From the human T2T-CHM13v2.0 reference genome, Homo sapiens: a stretch of DNA of 64,000 nucleotides. Each line of letters opens with the position of its first letter. Position 1 is the stretch's first letter. Made by a program: the position numbers and the translations under genes. Of the stretch, positions 63,927 to 64,000 are shown one piece after another. The notes beneath the pieces were generated by a model. The model saw only the letters and a list, made by a program, of their open reading frames with translations. It had not been told where the DNA came from and made no database searches. The stretch lies in NCBI RefSeq assembly GCF_009914755.1, contig NC_060928.1; one strand, given 5' to 3'.

Positions 63927-64000
63927 TTTTTTTTTTTTTTTTTTGAGACGGAGTCTCGCTCTGCCGCCCAGGCTGGAGTCCGCGATCTCGGCTCACTCAC
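63927..64000 (-). mobile_element. antisense Alu, cut by the window end
   Basis: poly-T then gagacggagtctcgctctg. Confidence 0.9.

Overview
Human/hominid genomic DNA, not microbial: GC-rich and very dense in Alu, MIR/L2, old L1 and LTR repeats. It contains one young 5'-truncated SVA with target-site duplications (34.8-35.7 kb) and ends in a large CpG-island promoter (61.1-62.9 kb) with a non-coding first exon of a + strand gene whose CDS lies beyond the window. From memory this resembles the ZBTB40 5' end at 1p36.12, but I cannot verify that. I find no intact protein-coding gene: the long ORFs in the track come from a 36-bp CA-rich VNTR, polypyrimidine tracts, Alus, the SVA and the CpG island. 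The most interesting unexplained signal is a chain of short minus-strand exon-like units between about 3.8 and 12.5 kb. They have good splice sites, mostly compatible reading phases, one strongly GC3-biased stretch, and stops explicable by single C>T changes; similar islands occur at 25-30 kb. This may be a decayed multi-exon gene (unitary pseudogene) or a spliced lncRNA. A 123-bp, 85%-identical inverted repeat brackets one of these exons. Other notable structures are a templated insertion with a 33-bp flanking duplication (33.8 kb), a triplicated Alu target site, an Alu-born minisatellite, a perfect 15-bp hairpin and a 41-bp VNTR just inside the promoter's first intron. All counts were made by eye, and repeat subfamily calls are approximate.
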